Positions 20,637-29,199 of a stretch of DNA of 64,000 nt are shown here, piece by piece. The notes below the pieces were generated by a model. That model made no database searches. It was not told the origin of the DNA and was given only the letters and a program-made list of their open reading frames with translations. Source of the DNA: Clostridia bacterium. Its GTDB lineage: Bacteria > Bacillota > Clostridia > Christensenellales > Christensenellaceae. Position 1 is the stretch's first letter. Every line of letters starts with the position of its first letter. A program made the position numbers and the translations under genes. The stretch spans positions 114,122 through 178,121 of the forward strand of contig JAAUYQ010000049.1 of assembly GCA_014805015.1 (NCBI GenBank), read 5' to 3'.

Positions 20637-21806
20637 TTGTCCAGATTCACAATTCCAAGAGACATTTTCATCGGCAACGGTGCGATTGACGAGCTCAGCA
20701 AGCTCACGCAGTACAAGAAAGCGATCATCGTCACCGGCGGTCATTCGATGCGAAAGGGCGGTTTCCTGCAGAAGGCAGAGGACGCTTGCAAGAAGGCCGG
20801 CATGGAAACCAAGCTTTTTGAGGGCGTCATGCCGGATCCGACGATTGAATGCGTCCTTGACGGCGCCAAGGCCATGCAGGAGTTTGAGCCTGACCTGATC
20901 GTCGCGATCGGGGGCGGCAGTCCGCTCGACGCAGCCAAGGCCATGTGGGTTTTCTACGAGCATCCGGAGCTGACATTCCAGGACATCATAGATCCGTTCA
21001 GCATTCCGCGGCTGCGCACCAAGGCCGACTTCGTCGCCATTCCGTCGACTTCCGGCACCGCATCCGAGGTGACGGCCTTCTCGGTGATTACCGATGAGAA
21101 GACGAAGGTCAAGTATCCGCTCGCGGACTATGAGATCACGCCCGACATTGCCATCCTGGACATGGACATCCCGCTGACGATGCCGGTCTCGCTGACGGCC
21201 GACACCGGCATGGACGCGCTCACCCACGCGATCGAGGCGTACGTGGCCAGCAATCATTCCTACATATCGGACGCCCTGGCGATTCATGCCATTCAGATCA
21301 TCTACGAAAGCCTGTTTGCGTCCGTCCAGGGCAACGCCGAAGCCCGGGCCCGGATCCATATCGCCCAGTGCATGGCCGGCATGGCTTTCTCGAACGCCCT
21401 GCTCGGCATCTGTCATAGCCTCGCCCACAAGACCGGCGCTCAGTTCGACATCCCGCACGGCCGCTGCAACGCTATCCTGCTGCCGTACGTGATTGAGTTC
21501 AACGCCGTCAGCGAGCGTGAGCGCTACGCCAACATCGGCCGCTCCCTGGGGCTTCCCGGTCAGACTGACCGTCAGCAGGTCAATTCCCTCGTCGAAGCCG
21601 TCGAAAAGCTGAACCGTCAGCTCGGCATCAAGCAGTCCTATAAGGAAAACGGCGTCTCTGAAGCCGACTACATGAAAGTGGCCGACTTTATCGCCAAGGA
21701 AGCCGTGGCCGATCCGTGCACCGCCTCGAACCCGCGCGAGACAAGCGTCGAAGACATGCGCAAGATTCTCGACTGTGCTTTCTTCGGCAAGGATGTCGAA
21801 TTCTGA
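20637..21806 (+). CDS. iron-containing alcohol dehydrogenase
   Basis: 389 aa with GGGSPLDAAKA, PSTSGTASEVT and the His-rich metal site (HAIEAY...HSLAHKTG...PHG) typical of the Fe-ADH family. The TTG start follows GGAGG. Confidence 0.85.
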   Translation: MSRFTIPRDIFIGNGAIDELSKLTQYKKAIIVTGGHSMRKGGFLQKAEDACKKAGMETKLFEGVMPDPTIECVLDGAKAMQEFEPDLIVAIGGGSPLDAAKAMWVFYEHPELTFQDIIDPFSIPRLRTKADFVAIPSTSGTASEVTAFSVITDEKTKVKYPLADYEITPDIAILDMDIPLTMPVSLTADTGMDALTHAIEAYVASNHSYISDALAIHAIQIIYESLFASVQGNAEARARIHIAQCMAGMAFSNALLGICHSLAHKTGAQFDIPHGRCNAILLPYVIEFNAVSERERYANIGRSLGLPGQTDRQQVNSLVEAVEKLNRQLGIKQSYKENGVSEADYMKVADFIAKEAVADPCTASNPRETSVEDMRKILDCAFFGKDVEF

Positions 21807-21820
21807 TCTCTGAAAATTCC

Positions 21821-21857
21821 TGGATCCTTCCGGCCCGCCGCCGGAGGGATCTTTTTT
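21821..21857 (+). terminator. intrinsic terminator after Fe-ADH
   Basis: ggatccttccgg-N7-ccggagggatc is followed by TTTTTTT. Confidence 0.65.
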
Positions 21858-21884
21858 TCCCGACAGACCGTTTCGGAGGAAACC

Positions 21885-22523
21885 GTGAGCGAGCAGCAGA
21901 ATCCCACAATCGAAACCAACTACCAGGCCTACAGATCAGCGCTGGAGCCGCTTATCTCGCCCGAGCTGATCCGTTTTATTGATGAATCCGACTTCCGCAC
22001 CGCGCCGGCCTCGGCCAAGGAGCAGTACCACGGCTGCTACGAGGGCGGGCTGTGCGAACACTCGCTCGGTGTGTGGCGCGCCCTGCGGCTCCTGAACAGC
22101 CGCATTCTCGGGGACTATTACGAACAGGATACCCTGACGCGCGTCGCCCTGCTGCATGATATCTGCAAAATCGGCTGCTATCATCCTGAGTGGAAGAATC
22201 GGCCGCTGCGCCGCGATCCAGACAGCGGCCGCGTGCTCGAATGGGAGACGGTCCGGTCCTGGCGGTTTGAGACAGATTTTCCGGCTGGTCACGGAGCCAA
22301 GTCTGTCATGCTGTGCCTGGCAAACGGCACACCGCTGTCCCGGGACGAAACGCTCGCCATCACACACCACATGGGCGCCTACGATCTGCAGGGCACTGCC
22401 CTGTGGGACTATCAGAACGCTTCCGGCAGCTGTCCGCTGGTAATGATCACGCACTGGGCAGACCTCTACGAAAGCAGCGTCGTACCCCGCATGAAAGAGC
22501 TCAAGGGCAGCGCCGGGACCTGA
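21885..22523 (+). CDS. HD-domain phosphohydrolase-like protein
   Basis: H...HD pattern (CEHSLGVW ... LLHDICKIG ... ITHHMG). The GTG start lies 5 nt after GGAGG. Confidence 0.6.
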   Translation: MSEQQNPTIETNYQAYRSALEPLISPELIRFIDESDFRTAPASAKEQYHGCYEGGLCEHSLGVWRALRLLNSRILGDYYEQDTLTRVALLHDICKIGCYHPEWKNRPLRRDPDSGRVLEWETVRSWRFETDFPAGHGAKSVMLCLANGTPLSRDETLAITHHMGAYDLQGTALWDYQNASGSCPLVMITHWADLYESSVVPRMKELKGSAGT

Positions 22524-22529
22524 CGTCGG

Positions 22530-25079
22530 TCAGGCAAAGAAACGGCTGAGGACACGCACGACCTCATTCATGTCAATCGGCTTGGCGATATGGGCGTTCA
22601 TGCCGGCATCGAGACACTGCTTGACGTCGGAAGAAAAAGCGTCAGCTGTCATGGCAATGATGGGGATGGTGGCAGCGTCAGTACGGTCAAGGGCCCGGAT
22701 AGCCGCTGTTGCCTGCCTGCCGTCCATGACCGGCATCTGCACGTCCATCAGGATTCCGTCATAATAACCGGCCGGAGATCTCTCGAAGCGCTCAAGCGCA
22801 GCAGAACCGTCGGCCGCCCGCTCGAGCAGGAAGCCGCGGCTGCCAAGCAGGGCGTTGGTGATCTCCCAGTTGAGGGCATTGTCTTCCGCGACCAGCAGGC
22901 GGCGGCCGCTGAAGTCCGGCTCCACTGCCACTTTCTGTTCTTCTGCTGTCTGCATGCACTTACGCAGTCCGCGGTAAAGTGAGGACCGGAAAAGCGGTTT
23001 GGCGACAAAACCGCAGATACCGACCTCGCGGGCATCTGCCTCAACTTCCGCCCAGTCATAGGCACTCATCAGCACAATCTTGGTCTGATCGCCGGTGAGG
23101 CTGCGCATGCGGCGGGCCACCTGGATGCCGTCCATGAAGGGCAGTTTCCAGTCAAGCAGCACGACATCAAACGGTCTTCCCTCACGCTTCGCCGCGGTCA
23201 GGTTTTCCAGGGCACTTGTGCCGTCGAAGGTCCATTCCGGCTGCGCGCCAAATTCTGTGAGCGCCGCAGTGGCCATGCGGCCCACATCTGTGTCATCGTC
23301 CACAATCAGAACCCGCCAGGGCGGCAGCTGCATGGCCGCGGTGTCCGTTGGGCAGACCTCAAGGTCCAGGCGGATACGGAACTCCGTCCCCTCCCCGGCC
23401 TGGCTCTGCAGCTCGATGCTGCCGCCCATCGCTTCCACGATATACTTCGTTATAGACAGACCGAGCCCGGCTCCCTCAGTGCGGCGCACGCGGTCCGTGT
23501 TCTCGCGTGAGAATGAGTCGTAGACGACTTTCTGGAATTCGTCTGACATACCAATGCCGTTGTCGCGCACGACAATATTGAGCTCGACCCGGTCGCTGCC
23601 CATGGCGGAGGGCTGCTCGTAGATCAGCAGCTCGATGCGGCCGCCGTCCTGGGTGTATTTGCTGGCATTGTTCAGAAGATTCAGCAGCACCTGGCTCAGA
23701 CGGATGCTGTCGCAGTAGACGGTCTCGGCGCTGATTTCTCCGGTGCGGACCTCGAGCTCCTGCTGTTTGGCCTCAATCTGCGGCCGGATAATGGCCAGAA
23801 TGCTCTCCAGGAATTCGCGCAGCTCCATCTCATCCATGGTGAACTGCAGCTGGCCGCTTTCAATCTTGGACATGTCGAGCACATCGTTGATCAGGCCGAG
23901 CAGCTGTTTGCTTGACAGGCTGATCTTCTCGAGGCTGTGCTTGACGACGTCCGGACTGTCAATATGCGCTGAAGCGATGGCAGTCATGCCGACAATGGCG
24001 TTCATCGGCGTGCGAATGTCGTGGCTCATGCTGGAGAAGAACTCACTCTTTACCCGGTTGGCACGCTCAGCCTCCCTGCGGGCGGCGGTCAGTTCCTCCA
24101 TCTGCTGGCTGCTGAGTGCCCGGTAGCGCAGGAACACGAAGACAATGGCGCCGAGAATGATGAGGCAGCCGCCGACCACATAGAGCATCCAATCGGAACC
24201 AAGTGCGTTGACCGCCGCGTCAAGCTGACCAAAGGGCAGCTCCGTCACCAGATACCACCGCGAGTGCGGCAGCGGCGTTGCATACACCTGCAGCCGCTCT
24301 GCTCCGTCTGAATACACGGCCTCAAGCGTGCGTCCGTCCTGCATCGCCGCCTGCAGCTCCTCCACATAGCGCTCAGCAGCCGTCTCCTGGCGCTCGCTCT
24401 GCGCCCCGTAGGACTCCATCACCTCGGCAAAATAACTGGTCGCATAGCGGGACGAATCGAGCACAAAGGTTCCGTCCCGCAGAATAACAAAACTCGAGAC
24501 GAGGTCTTCGCTCTGATCAAGGAACAGGATATCAATGACGTGGGTGTCCGGTATGCCCCCGATCAGGCCGACACTCGTCGAGCCGTCGCGCATCGGATAG
24601 GCAGCGTTCATCGAGAAGAGCAGCACGGTGTTCCCGTCAAGGTCCCGCCCCATCCTGACCAGCGGCCTCGCGGCACTCATCTGCTCTACCAGCAGCGAGG
24701 GCTCCGGGAAATCGAACCTGCCGCCGTACACATAATCGATCTGCATGTCGGCGCTGATCAGGGCAAGATGACTGAAGCCGAGTGCCTGCGCTTCGCGCGC
24801 GAGCTGACCGTCCAGTGTCTCGTAGGTGTCACCGGGGCGTGCCGGCACCTCGTCTGCAAGCACTTCCATCCGGGAGAAATAAAAGTCCATCATCGTCTCG
24901 TAGTGCATCTCGAGACGCTCGTTGACCTTGTGCAGATAAATCTCGCCCACCGACCTGACTGTCTGCTGGCTGCGTTCCTGCAGGTAGACAGACAGAAGAG
25001 AAAAAATCGTAATGCACAGCACAACGATAATCAGCAGGCTGCCGGTCAGAAAACGGCTGATCTTTTCTTTGATATCCAT
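22530..25079 (-). CDS. hybrid sensor histidine kinase with two receiver domains
   Basis: TM1, an extracytoplasmic domain of about 270 aa and TM2. H-box FFSSMSHDIRTPMNAI; N/G boxes LLNNASKYT, DNGIGM and GAGLGLSI. REC1 is VLIVDDD...LLDWKLPFMDG and REC2 is LLVAEDN...LMDVQMPVMDG...AKP. Confidence 0.85.
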   Translation of the reverse strand: MDIKEKISRFLTGSLLIIVVLCITIFSLLSVYLQERSQQTVRSVGEIYLHKVNERLEMHYETMMDFYFSRMEVLADEVPARPGDTYETLDGQLAREAQALGFSHLALISADMQIDYVYGGRFDFPEPSLLVEQMSAARPLVRMGRDLDGNTVLLFSMNAAYPMRDGSTSVGLIGGIPDTHVIDILFLDQSEDLVSSFVILRDGTFVLDSSRYATSYFAEVMESYGAQSERQETAAERYVEELQAAMQDGRTLEAVYSDGAERLQVYATPLPHSRWYLVTELPFGQLDAAVNALGSDWMLYVVGGCLIILGAIVFVFLRYRALSSQQMEELTAARREAERANRVKSEFFSSMSHDIRTPMNAIVGMTAIASAHIDSPDVVKHSLEKISLSSKQLLGLINDVLDMSKIESGQLQFTMDEMELREFLESILAIIRPQIEAKQQELEVRTGEISAETVYCDSIRLSQVLLNLLNNASKYTQDGGRIELLIYEQPSAMGSDRVELNIVVRDNGIGMSDEFQKVVYDSFSRENTDRVRRTEGAGLGLSITKYIVEAMGGSIELQSQAGEGTEFRIRLDLEVCPTDTAAMQLPPWRVLIVDDDTDVGRMATAALTEFGAQPEWTFDGTSALENLTAAKREGRPFDVVLLDWKLPFMDGIQVARRMRSLTGDQTKIVLMSAYDWAEVEADAREVGICGFVAKPLFRSSLYRGLRKCMQTAEEQKVAVEPDFSGRRLLVAEDNALNWEITNALLGSRGFLLERAADGSAALERFERSPAGYYDGILMDVQMPVMDGRQATAAIRALDRTDAATIPIIAMTADAFSSDVKQCLDAGMNAHIAKPIDMNEVVRVLSRFFA

Positions 25080-25243
25080 GGAATCCGCTCCAACTTAACC
25101 GGGGCTGCCCAAGGTGCAGTCACCACGTTTTTCCTCTTTCATGCTACCATCCGGCCGCCCTGCCGCGCAATTGGCCCGGCACGTACGATCCGGCTCCTTT
25201 GTGCTATGATATAAAAGAACTTTTCGCCTTTGGAGGTCTATTC

Positions 25244-25741
25244 GTGAAGTATTCGATCCGCAAATTCCACCCCCGGGACGCCGCCGACCTGGCCCGTGCT
25301 GCCAACCATCGCGAGATAGCCGACTATGTGCGTGATTCCTTCCCGCATCCCTATCTCTTCAGCGATGCAGCGGCCTTCATCGAGGAGGCCCAGAACGGCA
25401 GTGCCATTATCCGCGCCATCTGCAGTGATGATGTGGCGATCGGCGTGATTTCCCTGTTTCCGGGCAGCGATCTGCACAGCCGGACAGCCGAGCTCGGCTA
25501 CTTTATCGATCCGGCGTACCGTGGGCGCGGCTTCGCTTCGCGGGCCGTCCGGGACCTGGTCCGGGAGGGGTTCGAAAGTGAAGGCCTGCACCGTATCTAT
25601 GCCCAGCCGCTTGCCCACAATCATGCCTCGCGGCGCGTCCTCGAGAAGGCAGGTTTCGTGTGCGAAACGATCCAGAAGAACGGTGCGTACAAGAACGGCC
25701 GGGTCGTGGACACCTGCCTGTACGCACTGTATCCGGAGTAA
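25244..25741 (+). CDS. GNAT family N-acetyltransferase (RimJ/RimL-like)
   Basis: GYFIDPAYRGRGFASRAVRDLV is the acetyl-CoA-binding R/Q-x-x-G-x-G/A motif region. The start is set to GTG 25244, 7 nt after GGAGG. Confidence 0.8.
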   Translation: MKYSIRKFHPRDAADLARAANHREIADYVRDSFPHPYLFSDAAAFIEEAQNGSAIIRAICSDDVAIGVISLFPGSDLHSRTAELGYFIDPAYRGRGFASRAVRDLVREGFESEGLHRIYAQPLAHNHASRRVLEKAGFVCETIQKNGAYKNGRVVDTCLYALYPE

Positions 25742-25771
25742 CCCCGCGACCTCTCTCTCCAGGAGGATAAG

Positions 25772-26260
25772 ATGTCAGATATTCTTGTTGCATACTTCTC
25801 GGCCACAGGCAATACGGAACGCGCTGCCAAGACGCTCGCCGAGGTGACCGGCGCCCAGCTCTACCAGATCGAACCGGCGCAGCCCTATACGCACGCTGAT
25901 CTAAACTGGACGGACCGCGCCAGCCGCAGCAGCGTGGAGTGCAACGATCCCTCCGCACGTCCGGCGCTGGCCGGAGAGCCCGCACCAGTCAGCGAGTGCA
26001 GCAAAATCGTACTCTGCTTCCCGATCTGGTGGCACCTGGCGCCGCCGCCCGTGCGCACGTTCCTCTCAAGCTACGACTTCAGCGGCAAACAGATCTACCT
26101 TGTCGCCACCTCCGGCGGCAGTACGCTCGACCGCGCCGTCCCGAACATCCAGGAGCTGGCGCCCGGCGCTGAGGTTATCGGAGGCACCATGGCAAACTGG
26201 CCGCACAACAGTCCTTCGGCCCTGGAGAAGTGGGCAAAGAAGGTCGGCCTCATGTCCTGA
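25772..26260 (+). CDS. flavodoxin-like protein
   Basis: ILVAYFSATGNTERAAKTLA is the flavodoxin phosphate-binding loop. The protein is 162 aa and AGGAGG precedes the ATG. Confidence 0.75.
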   Translation: MSDILVAYFSATGNTERAAKTLAEVTGAQLYQIEPAQPYTHADLNWTDRASRSSVECNDPSARPALAGEPAPVSECSKIVLCFPIWWHLAPPPVRTFLSSYDFSGKQIYLVATSGGSTLDRAVPNIQELAPGAEVIGGTMANWPHNSPSALEKWAKKVGLMS

Positions 26261-26293
26261 GAAGGCCTGCCTTGAGTTCCAGAGAAAACAGCG

Positions 26294-26325
26294 GCGCTGC
26301 CGGATCTCCGGCAGCGCTCTTTTCT
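26294..26325. terminator. bidirectional terminator between flavodoxin and leuA
   Basis: gcgctgccgg-atct-ccggcagcgc (10-bp perfect stem) is followed by TCTTTTCT, with an A-rich tract on the other side. Confidence 0.65.
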
Positions 26326-26336
26326 GCCCGCAGCTC

Positions 26337-28034
26337 TCACCCTGCCTTCTCAGCCGCTTCCTCGATCTGCCGGCCGCGGTTGATCGCGCAGATAACTGCC
26401 TTGATCGAAGCCATCGAGATGTTGTGGTCGATGCCGACTCCAAAAACGTCCCGGCCGTCCTGCATGCGCAGCTGCACATAGGCCACAGCCTGGGAATCGG
26501 ATCCCTGACTGATCGCATGCTCCTTGTAATCAATGAACGTGAACCGGTTCATCCGCTCCTCATGAATCGCGTTGAAAAAGGCATCAATCGGCCCGTTCCC
26601 GTCCCCTTCCACTTCAAAGACAGTGTCCTTGTGCCGCAGCTTCCCGTAGAAATGCGAACGGGCGACGCCGTTCTCGACGTTGGCATTCAGCTTGTTGCGG
26701 ATCAGGCGGTATGGCCCGTCCACCTTCAGGTACGTGTCCTCAAACAGACGATACAGGGTCTCCGGTTTGATCTCCACGCCTTCGCGGTCCGATTCTTCCT
26801 GCACAACGGCGCCGAATTCTGCGTGCATGGCCTTCGGCATGTCAAAACCGAACTTGTGGTGCATGATAAAGGCAGCGCCTCCTTTCCCTGACTGCGAATT
26901 GATGCGGACCGGCTCATAGGAACGGCCGAGATCCTCGGGATTGATCGGCAGATACGGAACCATCCACTGCTCACCGTCCTGGTCTTCCATATACTGGAAA
27001 CCTTTGTTGATCGCGTCCTGGTGGCTGCCCGAGAAAGCAGTGAAGACCAGGTCCCCCGCGTAGGGCTGCCGCGCCGGGACCTGCATTTTCGTGGCCCGTT
27101 CGTAGAGGCTGATGATGCGTTCCATGTTGCTGAAATCGAGCTCAGGATCGACGCCCTGCACATACATGTTCATGGCCAGCGTGATCAGGTCGACGTTGCC
27201 GGTGCGCTCACCGTTGCCGAACAGACAGGCCTCCACCCGCTCTGCTCCGGCCAGCAGTCCCATCTCTGTCGTCGCCACGCCGGTCCCGCGGTCGTTATGG
27301 GCGTGCAGGGAGATCACGGCCCGCTCGCGGCCGGGCAGCCGGCGCAGGAAATACTCAAGCTCGTCGGCAAACTGATTGGGCAGGCAGTTCTCCACCGTCG
27401 TCGGCAGATTGAGAATGACCTTGTGCTCTTCATCCGCGTGCAGATGATCGAGCACCGCGGCACAGATCTCCGCGGCGACATCCATTTCCGTGCCCATGAA
27501 CGACTCCGGCGAATACTCAAAACGCAGATTCATCTCCGGATCGACATCCTGTGCCATCTCATAAATCAGGTCTGCCGCATCGGTTGCTATTTTTTTTACG
27601 CCTTCCACGTCCGTATGGAAAACCACTTCACGCTGCAGTGTGGACGTCGAGTTATAAAAGTGGAATATGACGTTCTTGGCACCCCGGATCGCTTCAAAAG
27701 TGCGGCGGATCAGATGCGGCCGCGCCTGCACAAGGACCTGGATTGTGACATCCTCCGGAATGTGGCCGCCCTCAATCAGTTCGCGGCAGATCTCGTAGTC
27801 CGTGTCTGAGGCCGACGGGAAGCCGATTTCCACTTCCTTGACGCCGATCTCATCGACCAGCAGGTGAAACATGGCCAGCTTTTCGTCCATGCTCATCGGG
27901 TCAATGAGCGCCTGATTGCCGTCCCGAAGGTCCACCGAGACCCATGTTGGTGCTTTGGTGATCGTTTTGTCCGGCCATGTCCGATTCTCAATCGGCTGCG
28001 GAACGAACGGCGTATACTTTTCGTATCCGGTCAT
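26337..28034 (-). CDS. leuA: 2-isopropylmalate synthase, long (actinobacterial/LeuA-2) type
   Basis: TPFVPQPIENRTWPDKTITKAPTWVSVDLRDGNQALIDPMS...EIGFPSASDTDY is nearly identical in pattern to the M. tuberculosis-type LeuA N-terminus. The HAHNDRGTG metal site is present. 565 aa; AGGAGG precedes the ATG. Confidence 0.92.
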   Translation of the reverse strand: MTGYEKYTPFVPQPIENRTWPDKTITKAPTWVSVDLRDGNQALIDPMSMDEKLAMFHLLVDEIGVKEVEIGFPSASDTDYEICRELIEGGHIPEDVTIQVLVQARPHLIRRTFEAIRGAKNVIFHFYNSTSTLQREVVFHTDVEGVKKIATDAADLIYEMAQDVDPEMNLRFEYSPESFMGTEMDVAAEICAAVLDHLHADEEHKVILNLPTTVENCLPNQFADELEYFLRRLPGRERAVISLHAHNDRGTGVATTEMGLLAGAERVEACLFGNGERTGNVDLITLAMNMYVQGVDPELDFSNMERIISLYERATKMQVPARQPYAGDLVFTAFSGSHQDAINKGFQYMEDQDGEQWMVPYLPINPEDLGRSYEPVRINSQSGKGGAAFIMHHKFGFDMPKAMHAEFGAVVQEESDREGVEIKPETLYRLFEDTYLKVDGPYRLIRNKLNANVENGVARSHFYGKLRHKDTVFEVEGDGNGPIDAFFNAIHEERMNRFTFIDYKEHAISQGSDSQAVAYVQLRMQDGRDVFGVGIDHNISMASIKAVICAINRGRQIEEAAEKAG

Positions 28035-28293
28035 AGTCTCCTCCTGACTTCAAGATGGTGCCGCCTCATCGGGCCACAAAAAAAGATCTGTGCTTGTTGG
28101 CACAGACCCTGCAGTTATCCTTCCGTATGCTGGGCGCAACTCAACAAGCCTTCATCTGATCCCCGCTACTGCGAGGCTGAGAAGGCAGCCAAGTGTGATG
28201 CAGTTGTATGAAATCATATCTTTCATCATGCTCTTCAGCCGGTTTCGCACACCGAAACCCTAATTAAGGATATCACATTTCCATGCTGCCTGT
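28035..28293 (-). promoter_or_regulatory. structured leuA leader region (mechanism unresolved)
   Basis: A 259-nt gap between the aldolase stop and leuA. It contains hairpins (ggtttcg-gtgtg-cgaaacc), a long-range helix ggctgaagag/ccttctcagcc, a 25-codon mini-ORF (28229..28152) and the terminator above. Confidence 0.4.
28078..28108 (-). terminator. intrinsic terminator/attenuator inside the leuA leader
   Basis: The minus strand reads ggtctgtgc-caacaa-gcacagatc (9 bp, one G-U) followed by TTTTTTT. It ends about 44 nt upstream of the leuA ATG. Confidence 0.6.
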
Positions 28294-29199
28294 CTACCTG
28301 ATTTCCCCGCCGTCTGCTGCTCCGCGTTCCCGGCGCAGCATGTCTGCCGCCTGCGCGGCGGCCTGCCGGGCGATCCGGGCAGACAGCCGCTCAAGCCGTT
28401 CTTCCGACTGCCTGAGCAGTTTCTCGACGCCGTCAAGGAGTGCCTGCGTCCTTGGGTCTGCGGCCTCCGGCGTCACCAGTCCCGCCCGCGGCAGTACGTC
28501 CTCCACATTCGGGGAGTCGGCAGCATATACCGGTTCACCGCCGAGGCGGATACCCATACGGCGCCGGATCTCCTCGATGGGCTGCGTCTCGGTGCCCGAG
28601 AGCCAGTTGCTGCGGCCCATCAGATACCTCGTGATCAGAGTGGCCTGGGCGTACATTTCCACCCACTCCATGCGGAAAAAGGCCAGTTCAAGCTGCGGCG
28701 CCCAGGTGATGACGCCGTGATTGGCCAGCAGCGCACCGTTATACTGCCGGCAGAACGGCGCGACCGAGTCCGGCACTTCCCGGGTGCCCGGCACGGCAAA
28801 ACGCGCCACCGGAATGCTGCCGACCGCTGTGACCGCTTCGGTGAGAATCGGCTCATCCAGGCAGATGCCGGCTGCAGCGAAACAGGTCGCCGTGACCGGG
28901 TGGGCGTGCACCACGGCTCCAAGCTCCGGATTCTCCTGGTATACCCGAAGGTGCATCCTGATCTCCGAAGACGGCGCCTTCGTGCCGGCGCGGATCACAC
29001 TGCCCTCAAGGTCTGTCTCTACCAGCATGTCCTCCTGCATCCGGCCCTTGCTGACGCCGGTCGGCGTGCTCAGGACCCGGTCGGGTCCGATCAGGCAGCT
29101 GATATTGCCGTCATTGGCGACCACGTATCCGTGGGCCTCGAGCCGCCTGCCGATCTCAAGAATGTCCGCCGATACCTGCGCTCTGTCCGGATAGTCCAT
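28294..29199 (-). CDS. class II aldolase/adducin-fold protein (MtnB- or Ald2-like) with C-terminal extension
   Basis: The start is set at ATG 29199 (MDYPDRAQVSADILEIGRRLEAHGYVVANDGNIS). The His metal ligands are in VVHAHPV and ANHG. About 86 extra C-terminal residues follow. It overlaps the mtnA 3' end by 44 nt. Confidence 0.75.
   Translation of the reverse strand: MDYPDRAQVSADILEIGRRLEAHGYVVANDGNISCLIGPDRVLSTPTGVSKGRMQEDMLVETDLEGSVIRAGTKAPSSEIRMHLRVYQENPELGAVVHAHPVTATCFAAAGICLDEPILTEAVTAVGSIPVARFAVPGTREVPDSVAPFCRQYNGALLANHGVITWAPQLELAFFRMEWVEMYAQATLITRYLMGRSNWLSGTETQPIEEIRRRMGIRLGGEPVYAADSPNVEDVLPRAGLVTPEAADPRTQALLDGVEKLLRQSEERLERLSARIARQAAAQAADMLRRERGAADGGEIR

Noticed and set aside
28035-28293. 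Leu T-box riboswitch in the leuA leader (a CUC codon is present in ccttCTCAgcc)
   Set aside because: There is no AGGGUGGNACCNCG T-box sequence upstream of the terminator. The closest look-alike (gaGGCGGCACCAUC, about 28046..28059) lies downstream of the terminator. It also has C instead of the U that must pair with tRNA A76. Stem I AG-bulge and distal-loop motifs are not evident.
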